The notes beneath the pieces were generated by a model. That model was not told where the DNA came from. It saw only the letters and a program-made list of their open reading frames with translations, and searched no databases. 64,000 nucleotides of DNA from Yuukianura sp. NJ FZ-2021 (taxonomy: Eukaryota), in contig CM102290.1 of NCBI GenBank assembly GCA_046563655.1, forward strand, positions 10,974,001-11,038,000, in the 5' to 3' direction. Both the position numbers and the translations under genes were made by a program. Within the stretch, counting starts at the first letter, position 1. Each line of letters starts with the position of its first letter. Positions 14,801-26,700 of the stretch are shown here, piece after piece.

Positions 14801-17417
14801 TGGAGTGTTTGTGCTAGAGGGGTTTAATTTTGGTTTGAATTTAATATGGCGGGAACGGCGGGAGAATTTGAAATGTTTGAAAAAGTGCTCAAGGCATGTC
14901 CGATTTCCTACCCCATTCTCTATGTGAGAACGCAAACTTTAAAGTTAAGGGAGGGCGAGTACGGTGTTTGCTCTAATTCAGAGATGTTCCAGAGCAGATA
15001 ATATTAACTTTCTTCCAGTGTTTATTGGAACTTGTTCTAAAAAAGAAGAACAACGTTCTAAAATTCTAAGCTTCTAAGAGTCTACTACTGCTAGACGATC
15101 AACCGAAAAGATACTTGGGCTGTTCAAACTGTTCAAAAAAAAAGTTGGAACAAGGGGGAGAAGTTTTCAAGTTGAAAAAAGAAGATAATTTCCTGAGGCC
15201 GGATTTTCTCCCCTGCTAAACTCCGTTTCCATTTTCTTTTTTTCAAACTTTGGCTCCTCTGCCTACTCATCCTTAACAGTCTCTGGTTTTTCAGTGTTTT
15301 TGAGAAGTACTTTCGACAAAAAAAAATTGACTGAATTTTTTTTTCAACTGAAAATATTTTCAGTAACTGGAAGGGAATGAATTCTCTTTCAGCAACTCAC
15401 GCTTAAGTAGTTCGTTAGAAAGCCAGGGAAAACAGTCACATTTCAATCACACCAACTTAACTTTTACACATGTGAGCAATTAAAGGGAAACAAGCCTTTT
15501 TCAAAAACATTCTGAATTTTCAAATTCTGAAAAACATGCCAAAGACAAGTAGACAAACAGAGATTCTTAAGTCGAGTGCTTACACCAATCACCAAACACT
15601 CAATAACGTCAATTTTAACAGTTTTAAATTTCCTGGAAACTCCCGCCATTTAATAGAATGCTGAACTTTACGTTCAAAATTTGTACAACTTTGACTTTTT
15701 TCAAAATTTCGACAGTTCGAGGAAAAGGGAGAGGGTGGGAATGTGATTGTTATTTGTTAAGCCTAGTATTCACCAAATTACACCATAAAAGTTGTTTTTA
15801 CTTTCTTTTTTTTCAAGTTTTTGCAAGTTCATTCCATTTTTAAAAGTAGTGTTACTTTTTTTTGCAATGATGATAAAACAAAAACATAAATATTAAGCCC
15901 AGTACACACAAAGTTGCGAGAAACAACAAATCTTTTTGTGGTGTCGAGTGTTTGAATTCTATATAACAGCGGCTTGGAAAATAAATCGACATGAATTCAA
16001 ATATTCCCGGCAATAATTAAGGTAGGTTAGGTTTGCTAAGTGATGATTTTAATTCTTAACTCATATCATTTAGTAACGTAGAAAGTATATTTTTTAAAAC
16101 CAGTTTTGAAATCTGAATTGATTGAGAGGCGTAATAATTTTTTTTTGAAAAAACAAAATTGGCCTGTTTTCAAAACAGAAACTTTTTGTTTTGAACAAAC
16201 TTTTTTTAACGAAAGTGGAATTGAATATTTATGCTTCAATTGGAATCTTAATCCAAATCTGCCTAGGGTTTGTTTGAACTTTCTAAGGGCCCCCTCTCCC
16301 TTTTCCTAGAGAATTCCTCAAGTTTCGAGCTTATTTTGCTCATTTTTGGATCACTGGGGACCCTGCAGAGTTACTTAAGGGTCTCAATGGTTTTTCAATT
16401 GGGTGGGCCATGGGCCTACTGCCGGAGTTTGTTATTTTCTGATGATGAGGTTAACCCTAAGACCCCTTAAGGCCCTTGGAAAGGTTTCGGACTCTCAAGG
16501 ACGGTCACTAACTAACCCTACTCATAGTGGACATAATTAAACTTCACTAAACCTACCCAAAACACTATTAAGTACCCACATTTAAGTGACCGAGTATAAG
16601 AAAATGGTAAAGTAATTAATTAATTAATGGATGTCCATACGTGGCCGTCCATAAGTGACTGGCTATTTTCTTGGACTTTTAGGCTTACCACCCTGCCTGC
16701 ATGCCAGACTACTATACGCACTGGTCCTTGAACTGACGGCCCTTCACTGGATGGTATGTGCTGTAGAGACCCTTAAGGCCTAAACAGCAACTGAGGCCAT
16801 GATCCAGGGAGATCCAGAGACCCTTGCGTGTCGACCATGGATCGAGTTTGAGCACCAAGCAGAACAGCGCCAGATCTTGAATTTAGGGAATTCGAATTCT
16901 CCCGGCGGCTCACAAGCCAAGAGGACGGACAGCCACAGTGTTTTTCCCCTCAGTTGATCCGGAGAGCCCAACCAGAATGGACGTCGTTCCGACCGTCTCT
17001 CCGCCAAAATTCAAATTCAAAACTTCCCAAAGTGAGAGTTGTTTCAAAGTTTGGAAACGTGACAGTTTCAAAGTTTCGCATATTGACAGTTTTCAAATCG
17101 TTGCGAAAACGTTATTTCCCGCTCTTTGAAGTTACATTAACTACCGGCAAAGGGTTGGCGAAAACCATTTGAAGTTCTTGAAAAGTTGACCAACTTGAAA
17201 TTCAGACGTTAAAGAAACGTAAAATTGTGTGCTGGGATTGGTCGTAAAGTTCGTGCGTTAGTGTTACTGTTGTTTGTTACTCGGGTTGTTTGTTATTGTT
17301 CTGTGCTGAGAGTGCCCAGTTCTGTATTGTCCACATTTTGTTGTTTGTTATTGCTCGTACATTTACGTTTACAACTCGTTAGAAGTGTTAGTTCGTTCCA
17401 TTACTAAACAGTGAGTG

Positions 17418-17793
17418 TGACCTTTGACCTTGACCTTTACAGTGTCAGTCAGTGTCAGTTGACAACTTATTAGAAGACTTTAATTGTTGTATTTAATATA
17501 CAATTGGAGGGGTGCCGGACGTTGTGTGAACGTTTTTTAGTGAGACCAGTGAAAGTGAGTTTTCATTTTTTTTCCTCCCTCTTTGTCTCTCTTTGTTTAC
17601 TTTTGAACAAGATCGAACATCAGGACCGTTATTGTTGTAATTGTTTACAACTAATCAAGTACTCTGCAATCAATTAAGTATTTGGATCCTCATCTGCTAC
17701 ATAACACTGTCCATCATCATCGTACTGGGAATCTGGGTATCGTTTTCGTTGGATATGATCTGTGTCTCTCTTTTCGTTGGAACAATAATGAAG
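17418..17793 (+). promoter_or_regulatory. Putative promoter / non-coding first exon of plexin-B
   Basis: Perfect donor AAG|GTAAGT at 17793/17794; two Inr-like TCAGTY words at ~17445-17460; TGACCTTTGACCT DR1 at 17418-17430. The + strand looks more G/T-rich from ~17.2 kb onward (qualitative). The link to plexin is inferred and the start is approximate. Confidence 0.45.
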
Positions 17794-18462
17794 GTAAGTG
17801 TCAACTTTTTTATTTTGTTTTGCTGAGTACATCCAGAAAGTACTTACGTTCCTACATCGTTAGTTTACAGTTTTGAGTACAACGACAACCTGATTTACAG
17901 ATTTACTTCAAGTGAATGTAGAAACGTAATTAATTTAACTGTCGATCAGATGTACCTGAAAGTTTCTTTGATGGAATCTTGTATGAATTGTTATTTCATG
18001 CTAATGCCCCAAGCAAGAGTTTCTTTCTAATGAAAACGATTCTCGTGATGTGCCTCCCACAGTCCACGGTACAGTAAAACTCTTCCAGAGAATTTATACG
18101 GGCTAATTTCGTTTCGGAAGATCATGTTAAATCAATGTGATTGCAAAGGACAGTGGCAGAGTCAGTTTGTTATTGACTAGAAACATGACTTTAATTCAAA
18201 AACGTGTTGAATTTGTTAATCCTGCGTTCGAGTAACAGTTTATAAAAGGCTTAATGTCTCTGTTGTGACCAGGTAGACGTTGAGGATTATACTATCTATT
18301 CAAGGTTACGGAACTACAGGTCAGCAGAAGTTCATTAACATAAACAAGGTAAGGCTGCTAAAATAGTAATTCACAGTCTTCTAATTCAAAGTAGGCGGGA
18401 ACTTAATCGATTACTGTTTGTAGATAGATGGCTCCGGTTAGTTGTTCATGGTTTATCGTTGT

Positions 18463-18736
18463 CTAAAGGAGGTCAGGGTTGCCGGTCATCGTGTCAGCTT
18501 GTAGAGGTAGGCCATTGTTGAGAGCTTGGTGTTCCAACATCGCCTTTGTTGACGAAGGAGTGTCTTCACGAGTCCGATCTGGACAAATACTTTGATGTAA
18601 CTGGAGTTCATGGCGCGGAAGATGATGGACCGTGTTGTATTTGCACGGAAACATCTGCGGAATTTGACCTCTCGAAGCTTGATTAATGAGATAGAGTTCT
18701 CGACATCGTTGGACGTGCACACTGAATCGGCTTTTC
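18463..18736 (-). CDS. GTSF1/Asterix-like CHHC zinc-finger protein, coding exon 2
   Basis: Acceptor ctattgcag|G at 18737/18736. Splicing restores finger 1 CPYNSTHLIRKSRFSVHVQRC and gives finger 2 CKYNTVHHLPRHELQLHQSICPDR, both C-x5-H-x9-H-x3-C (zf-U11-48K type). TAG at 18463-18465; spliced CDS 408 nt = 135 aa. Confidence 0.88.
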
Positions 18737-18854
18737 CTGCAATAGAAGTACCGTGAGACAACTAATTATCAATTGTTGGTTCCTTAGTGGCTAATTGTCT
18801 TATTTCGCATTAATTTCATTGATAGAATTTTATGACTATGTCAATCAGGTTTAC

Positions 18855-18988
18855 CTGATGAGATGAGTCGAATTGTATGGACAGCTGAACAGAACTTCGT
18901 TAGGCGCCAGGGTGTAGCAAATCAAGTTCGGCGAGGTCGAGGTCACTTCGTTCTCTCCGAGTCCTAGGAAATCTTCTTCCATTTCCAT
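18855..18988 (-). CDS. GTSF1/Asterix-like CHHC zinc-finger protein, coding exon 1
   Basis: ATG at 18988 (in-frame stop upstream). Encodes MEMEEDFLGLGENEVTSTSPNLICYTLAPNEVLFSCPYNSTHLI(R). Donor AG|GTAAAC at 18855/18854, phase 2, followed by a 118-nt intron. Confidence 0.85.
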
Positions 18989-19396
18989 TTCCTTGAGAAG
19001 CAGAGATGTCCCGTATGTGGCTAAAAGCTGATGCTAGCGTTAGCAGTTTCACTAGAGGTCAGAGGTCAACTGGACTTAGGCAGGCTGGAGAGAGTGCAAT
19101 GGTCACTGAGCGAGGTCGTGTAGAGGAAATGCGTTCAGGTTCTGGATGCGGAGCGGTTTTTATAGCCTCGGTTTCTGTTCTACCTTTGCCGTTTCTACTC
19201 CCCAAGTTGCAAAAAAGTTGAAACTGCAGATCCAAAATTTTGCAAATGCAAAATTACCGTTCACTTGTGTCTCAAAACTGAATTTTCTCATAACATTTGC
19301 AAAGATGCACAAATCCATATTGTTTTTGCATTTTTAGTTTTTTCTTCCAAGACACTGTGAGTCACTTCCAGTATTGGTTAGTGCATCCACATCGGC

Positions 19397-19649
19397 CTTG
19401 AAGGCTACTATTACAAAAATGGATTTGTATCGACTTTAACCTAACAAGTTTTTTTTCCCCCTTTGAACCAAAGTTTGAAAATTTTACTCAATTATGTATG
19501 ATTTCCTTTTTGCAGCAATTGAACTTCTGAGAACTCCAAACAAACAAGGTTCAATTTCACAAAAAGTTGGACTTAACGAGCGACAAGTCATGTTCCAGAA
19601 ACGTAGAGTTTTTGAAGTCAATTGGAAAACAATCTTCGGTCTTTCTTAA
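19397..19649 (+). pseudogene. Possible degenerate homeobox remnant
   Basis: After acceptor tttttgcag (19515): IELLRTPNKQGSISQKVGLNERQVMFQKRRVFEVNWK..., resembling homeodomain helices 2-3 with KIW replaced by M. Upstream LEGYYYKNGFVS (19397-19432) resembles the end of helix 1. Confidence 0.3.
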
Positions 19650-22600
19650 CTGAAAAACATTGTATGTTTTGTTCCTTTAATAGTTTTGTTGATGAAGTCC
19701 AACTCGTTAGTTCTTATTCTCTAAGGATGATGTGGAACCAATTGAAAATTGACGTTGTTAAGGTCAGGATTCTCTTGATTTATGTACTGTCTTCCTCATG
19801 CTTGTGATAATTCTCGTTTCAAAGCCTGTAACTTATAATTTGGTTTAGCAAAGACACTGATGTTATGGGCTTAGGTTCTGTTAATCTTGAATTTTGAGGC
19901 TCCACGCTTAAATGTTTCTGTTGGTGACACACTTTTGTGTAATTCGAAGTCATTCTCTTCTCATCTCTCGAGGAGGCAATTCCAATTTGTCTTCTATTTT
20001 ACACGTTAATGTTGTTTAGTGCCAGTAGTAACTGAGAGAGCCATGATTCGTCCAAGGCTATTTTTGGTCTTTTTACCGTTTAAAGAAAAACAGTAGTTTA
20101 TTACCTTGGTCCAATTAACTGTGCGAACAAAGGCGTCGCTTCGAACGCTGAAATTCGCATGTTCTCAGCGTTTTTTATTTTGGCTCGTTTAACTGTACAA
20201 CTGTCAATCGTTTATTACCGCAGGGTTTTGGTCGATTTTGTTTACATCTTTGTGATTTTTAACAACTGCGTAACTGTAAAGCGAGAATTTGGCTGTAACG
20301 ATAATTTTTCCTATACAAAATCTGAAAAAACCAACGGTTCTGGAAAAATTGTTTTAAAAAAAAAATCGGTTGAAGTACGGTTGAGGTAGAAGTTGCGCCT
20401 GGCATTAGGTTGGTATGGTTGGCTGCGTTTATTTTTCATTGACCTGATTTTGTTAAAGTAGGTGGTATTAATCGAATGAATTAAACCGGGTAACTGGATC
20501 TATGGTGATGTTATTTGTTTATTTTGAGGTGGTGGTGTTATTCAGCAGCATAGGGAATGGATCCAATCTTGGATGGATCTTGTGTTGTAAATGGAGGGTG
20601 GAGTAGGACGACTGTAGCATTGTAAGTGTTGTGAGAATAAATAGAAATTGACAGTTGGATTTGCATTGTGACGACCATTGTGCCCGAATCCATTTCGGCT
20701 GAGATGCCAGCAGGGGAACAAGGACCTCTTCTGCATCCTGAGCCGCAATTCAACCTACCTCCAATCCGTTCCTTTGTTCAATTCCGCCAATAATTGCTGG
20801 TATTCAGAGTTTATGTGCTTTTCTTTCGTCTGGGAACAATATGGATACGGCTGCCGTACTTCAACGGTGTCAAAATTCTGTACAGTAATTCGGTCTACAG
20901 TGACTTCCGATGGTAACGATCAACCACATAGTCAGATCGAGCTAGAAAACGTATGAAACACATTTCAGAAGCTGCAACGTGAAAACGTAAAGTTTCAAAA
21001 TTTAGCGGGTTTATACTAAAAGTCTGTGAAAAAATTGGTCAACACGCGAGTTTAGGAATTTTTTGGATTTGGATTTTGAATGTTTCTAAGTTTTTGGCAA
21101 ACTTCTAAGTTTTGGAACTGATTGTTTTGGTCGAAATTGTTTTGATCTGGCTGTAATGTCGCATGTACCCATTGCCATTTTCGTTTTTTGCGATGTTAGT
21201 TTGGTCCTGTAGTTGTCGTAAGTTTGTGCCGGAGTCCATTTCATTGTAGGAAAAGACTTTGGATCATTGCGACAGTGAAGAACTGAAATGGTTAATGGCA
21301 ATTCCTGATTGCTTATGGCAGTTGTTGTTCCCTTTTGTCCATTTTATGACCAACAGAGACTGTGCGTCTCTTAAGAGTCTTCACAAAAGTCAAAAGAGAA
21401 TTCAAATGTCCCGCCGCGCTCAGCCATTTCCCTCGGCTTCAATTCCTGTCTCAGGCAACTTAAGGCTAAAAAGAAGTTAGAGGCAAAGCCAAACGAAGTT
21501 AAGACGATAGGCGGAGAGTAGTAAACGAAGGTTGACGTACGGAGAGGGGAAGATTGATGTGATTCAATCAATGGCTTTTATTAGTTCTTAAGTCCATTCC
21601 ATTTTTAGAAGAGGGAAATTCAAACGTACTTTTGAATATTTGCAATGCAATTCCATTCCGCCTCCCCTCTTTTCTATTCTTAAATGGACGACGTAAGTTG
21701 GAAACCTCCGACGGTGCGGCGGAGTGTCGTTGCAGAGGTCTGAACTGATGGAGGACTTTTAGGACTGATGGGTACTTTGGCCATGTATAAAAATCCGCCC
21801 TTAAAAATAACATTAAGCATTTAATGCCTTTTTCCACTTTACGGTTATTCGGGAGAGCACGGTGGTGGTGGTTAAAAAAAACACGGTGTTGGGGACTTGT
21901 GAACGGTGGCACTGAAAAACTATAAAGTGCATTACAACTTTTTATTAGTGAGAGCCAAAAAGTGCTAGAACTTCCTGGAAACATCTCGCACCCCTACTAC
22001 CCTACCCTAACCCTAACATGACGGTTTTGGCAAAAGAGAAAGTTATGGCCACCAATTAGGTTGTGGACTTTCACTATGTCACCACTGAAACCATAGGAGT
22101 GGGAAATCAATTGCCCATTTTCAAATTTCCCACTTTTTCTCTAGTCTAGGAAATGTGCATCGTGCACCATACGGAGAAAGTACGACACACGGTGCAATTC
22201 ACTACACAAGGAAAAGTACAGTGTGGTGCAATGGAGCGAAAAGTGCAGCGATTTGACCTCTCGAATGCAAACATTAATAAGTCTGTCAACGGTGCACTGT
22301 TTGGGGAGTCCCGGAGGTTCATAAAAATTTTACTACGGTTCTGCGTGAAAGTCTCCTGGGAATTGGTTGAATGGAAAGCGGGGGTGTCGGAAGCGTAGGT
22401 TTAGGCTTTTCCTGCGTCACTATTCAAATACAGGTAGAAAAGTGTAGGTGTCGCATTCAAACTTTGGCTTAACTTTTGCCAGTTCCAAAGTTTATACAAA
22501 ACTTTAGAAAAATGATTTGGAGCTTGGTTTTTGTTGTGACCTGACGTGACCTTTAGAAAAATTGGCAAGTTACGGTCTTCCAGATTCGCTCTCTAGGCAT

Positions 22601-23670
22601 TCTACTGTCATGGGTGGCATTGGCACCACCACAGTTTTCGTGTTTTTGTCAATTTTGAATTTTGGACGTGTTTTTAGCGCCATTTCTTTTCCGTACTACG
22701 CTGTTGTTTAGTTGGATTTGGAGCAAGCCGAACGTTGTAATTTTGGTAAGTCGGAGTTTGGCCTGTCAGAGCGTGACATGTCTAATGAGCATCCACTTCA
22801 CCTAATTAGTTTAGATACAAATGGAGAAATGATTGACTCACTTGGCACAGAGCCGAGGTAGAAAGTTTTGAGTTTCGAAATTTCCCGCGTTCTCGGATAC
22901 GGAAGAAACACATTTCGGAATGTTTGTTGTTACGGAGGGCCTTGTGTTTGCTATTTGGTTTGCCAATCCATTTGGGAGGGAATGTTTAGTTTTAGTAGTG
23001 AAGGAGTGTGTAATGGAAAACTTATGGCATGGCGGTGGAAAAATGGCTTGCTTTTTCGGTCTCTTTGATTTTTCTTTTTGAAAACTTGAATTGAGATTTG
23101 GAAAGTTTTTTGGAAAGGCAGGAGGGAGATTGGACTAATTTTGGCGGGTTTTACAAATGTTAGAGTTAGCAAGTTGTAAGTGTTGGTAGAAGTTGAGAGA
23201 ATGTTTGAACTTGGAAGTTTTAAATAATGGACTGGAGCGGGAAAATTAGTGTGGAGGAGGGAAATTTTGAAGTGAAATGTTATGTGCTTGATATTTGAGT
23301 TGTCTGTCGGGAGTCATCTTCGGCTGGGAGGGGGGCCCTTCCGGGACTTGAGGCTCATTTCCAGGCCGCGAGAACTTTCTCTTTGACTTTTCCTTGACGG
23401 GATCTTAATGATATATTTTCTCCTGTCACATTTTAATGCAAATATATGGGCTGGCTGCTTGGGTAGAAGAAGAAGGAAAAGTTGGTAGTGGTAGTGCCAC
23501 TGGCATGGCAGCGGGAGTTTTGACTTTGGCGGAGAGATTTGAAAACCTCAAGAAACGGAAACTTAAGTTTCTTACGAACCACGGAACTGCTAGGAGCAGC
23601 TTGCCCGTCGCCCCTCATTCACTAAAAAGTCTGAGCACTATATGCTCTTGACTCAAATCAGAGGCCAAGA

Positions 23671-23711
23671 CGAGGCAGGATTCGTAAATTCGAGGCAGGA
23701 TTCGTAAATTC
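23671..23711. repeat. Perfect 20-bp tandem duplication
   Basis: CGAGGCAGGATTCGTAAATT x2. Confidence 0.9.
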
Positions 23712-26700
23712 AAGTCTTAGCGCCCCTTAATTTCTTGCCTGTCCCATTTGCTTGGGCTCTTGGTCCGAGGCCATGTCCAAAAAGCTAAGGACCACAAGGA
23801 ATGCTCGAGTCATGCCTCATGACACGAACTTGTTTCTCCAATTAATGCCTTTCATGAGTCAAGGATAATTGTCTCGAATTCACTACTCTCCCTTCACTTA
23901 TTTACCAAATACAACAACAAATACATAAGGAACGTTAACTTCCAATTGCAAGTTTAGGGACCAAGGCTATTTAGTAGAGCATGGAACGGAAAAATTCAAA
24001 ATATTCCGCGTCATTTCCAGTTTGTGGGCTTGGCGACGTTTTTACTCCAGCAAGGTCCGAGGTTGTGAAAGTAACAGAGTTGAGCGCCTCCTTTTTATTT
24101 GGAGTTTTTTTTTTCAAAATGTGATTTTGTTTTTAGGTCAACTTGTATCTCGATTTTTATCTCCACTTTTGATAGTATCTCTACTTTTATAGCGCATTAT
24201 CCCGATTTGAAAGCATTGATTGAATAAGAATAAAAGCATTGTCCAAGGTAGGTTAGGGAAAGTTAAGGTTAGTTTGAACTGCAAATATCACAAGCAAAAC
24301 GTTACACTGAAGAGTTTGTAACGTATAAACTTAAAAGTAAAACGCGGTGTAAATTGCAAAAACTCGACAAAAAAAATGTTAAGCATGGTTTATGCAGTAA
24401 GAGGAAAAAAGGCTAAGCATAAATAGTTTTTAAAAAACTTAAGCTAGATTCACACACGCTACGAGGAAATGAGAAATTGCGTTGTTTGCAGAAATGGCGA
24501 AGTTTAGTTTTTTTTATGTAAACAAAAATTTCAAATTCTGGGACTTTTTTTTAAAGATTTGTTTTTTAATGAAATTTTTGAAAACTTCGTAGTGTGAGAT
24601 CTAGAAAAGTCAATAACTTAAGGGAAGAAAAACTGACTCATTTTCTTTGTTAAGAAGGAACAGATTAAGTGAATCGTGTCCAAAGTTGTGAGTTGTTGAA
24701 TTTTTTTTTTTTTTGAAAATTGCATGCAACGCATTTTTTTTTCTTCTTCGCTTCTCACTCTTCTTCTTATGTTCTGAGCAGCAGCAGCAGGAGGGAAGGA
24801 GGCCCAAGGTTTTGTGAAGTGCGGGATTTTTTGAAATAGGAAAAGTGTCTACGCTCCTCCATTCTACTTTAACCAAACCACGAATCACTTGAACTTAAAC
24901 CCTTGCATTTTTTCCAAACTCTCTTTGTATATTTTTTCTGCTTCTTCTCACTTTTGAGTAGAAGTGGATAAAGAAGTAGAAGGGAACCGGTTTAAAAAAA
25001 TTCTTTTGTTACAAAAGACAGCAGCAGGAAGAAGAGGAAAAGTAAGGCCTTCTTTATATTCGAGTATTTTCAACGAAGACTTTTTTGAATTTTGGAGCCA
25101 TTTGCCGCCATAGGACGTAGCAAAAGAGAACGGAAATCCAATTCCTTTTCTCTTCTACCTTTTACTTTTTTTCACCCTGCATTCTGCTTGACTTAAAATC
25201 TGCATCAAGTTTCATTTAATGTTGTGGTGCACAACTCTAAATTTTCGATTTTGTGTAAAAAACTAAACGCTTGGTTTTAAAAAAAACTTGACGGGGCTAG
25301 GTTTAAAATCAACTGCTGCGGTAAACTCTGGATTTTGCAAAATAACTTGGGCGTTGAACTGAGAATTTAAAAAACCGAGGTGCAAGCCTCTGTGCTAAAC
25401 GTGTGGTATATTGTAGGTATTTTCCATTTGGTTTAAAAAAAGCTTTTGGTTTTTGGGACGCTGAAGTATAGGTTCCACAGGGTCCATTTGTTTTACTTTA
25501 AATTTAAAAAAGGAACAGAGAGGTTTAAATCTTGCGTTAAATTTCAATTTTAAAAGGAGAAAGGAGATTGTAAGTTTTTAGAGTTGTGCGCCTGCACGCA
25601 AGGAGTTTGGGCGCCTCTCAGGAAGGGATTATGGCTGGACTACTATTATTTCTGACACTTTCATGCCTCTCCTCTGCTGTAAACGCGAGGAACTCCAAAT
25701 TTCAATTAAATTTGAATCAGTTTCCCGCTTAAGGTTTAGGATGTTTGAGAAATGAATATTCATGAAGGGGGCGGGGCTAAGTTGAATTTGACAGAGATGG
25801 GAAAAGGAACTTGTAGACAAGGGCATATCCAGATTCACAAGGATCCATTTGAAGCTTGCCCAAAGCATGTAAAACAATAAACTTCAAATTTAAATTCTGG
25901 AGTTGAGGGTTAATGCTGCTGAAAATGGGAGACATTTATTGGAGATTTACGGTAAAAAAGTTTTTAAGATGTAGGGTTAGGTTTTATGTTGGAAGGAAAT
26001 GCAGTAACTGGAAGTGGACCTGACGCTTTGTTGGTGTCCAGAAATTTCAAACCTATCAAAATTTCCCGTTCTTTTGGCAGGTGAATTTCAACAGTAATTT
26101 TTATGTAGTGTAAAGAAAATTCAAATTTATTATGTTTTTGGGATATTTTGATTAAATGAGTGTTGCTTTTTTTTTAAGTTTTTGTCATTTAAAAACTAAA
26201 TGAATGTTTTTTTGAAAGTGCAAAGAGGCCTCTGACCTTTGCGACCTCTTCGCGTGGAGATTTGAAATATGGAAATGGAAGGTATTAAGTTTTGCTTTTA
26301 TTTGCTAATGGATTCTTGAGAGTGACACTTTTAATGTTTAATGTCTTTGGGCTGAAAAGGCATGGGAAAAAGGAAAACCCGCAAAAGCTGGGAACTGCCG
26401 AAAAAGATAAGTTGGAAAATACCCGGGTTTTAATCGATAGACTTTCCAAACTGGATTTTTTAGTTGTGCCGCCTACTTTTTGAAAAGTGGATTTATAGAA
26501 TTTAATGGTGGTGGGACTTCGTTTTAAGGAGAACGAGTTAAGATAAGGGAACGTAAAAACAGGATATTTTAATGTTAATAATTGAAAACCTCCTTAGAAA
26601 TTCTAGTGGGGCTGAAGTAACCCCTCCCCCCTCCAAACCCCCCTCAGGACAATATTCTATAAGTATAGTATACAAGTGTATGTTATGTGACTTTTAAAAG

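Noticed and set aside
100..17200. Short ORFs in the first 17 kb
   Set aside because: All 123 aa or less, biased to F/K/L/S, no domains and no consistent exon chain; small unrecognised exons cannot be excluded.
20538..20753. CGSGCRRGPCS as a CXC/Cys-rich domain
   Set aside because: Too short, and the remaining cysteines of such a domain are missing.
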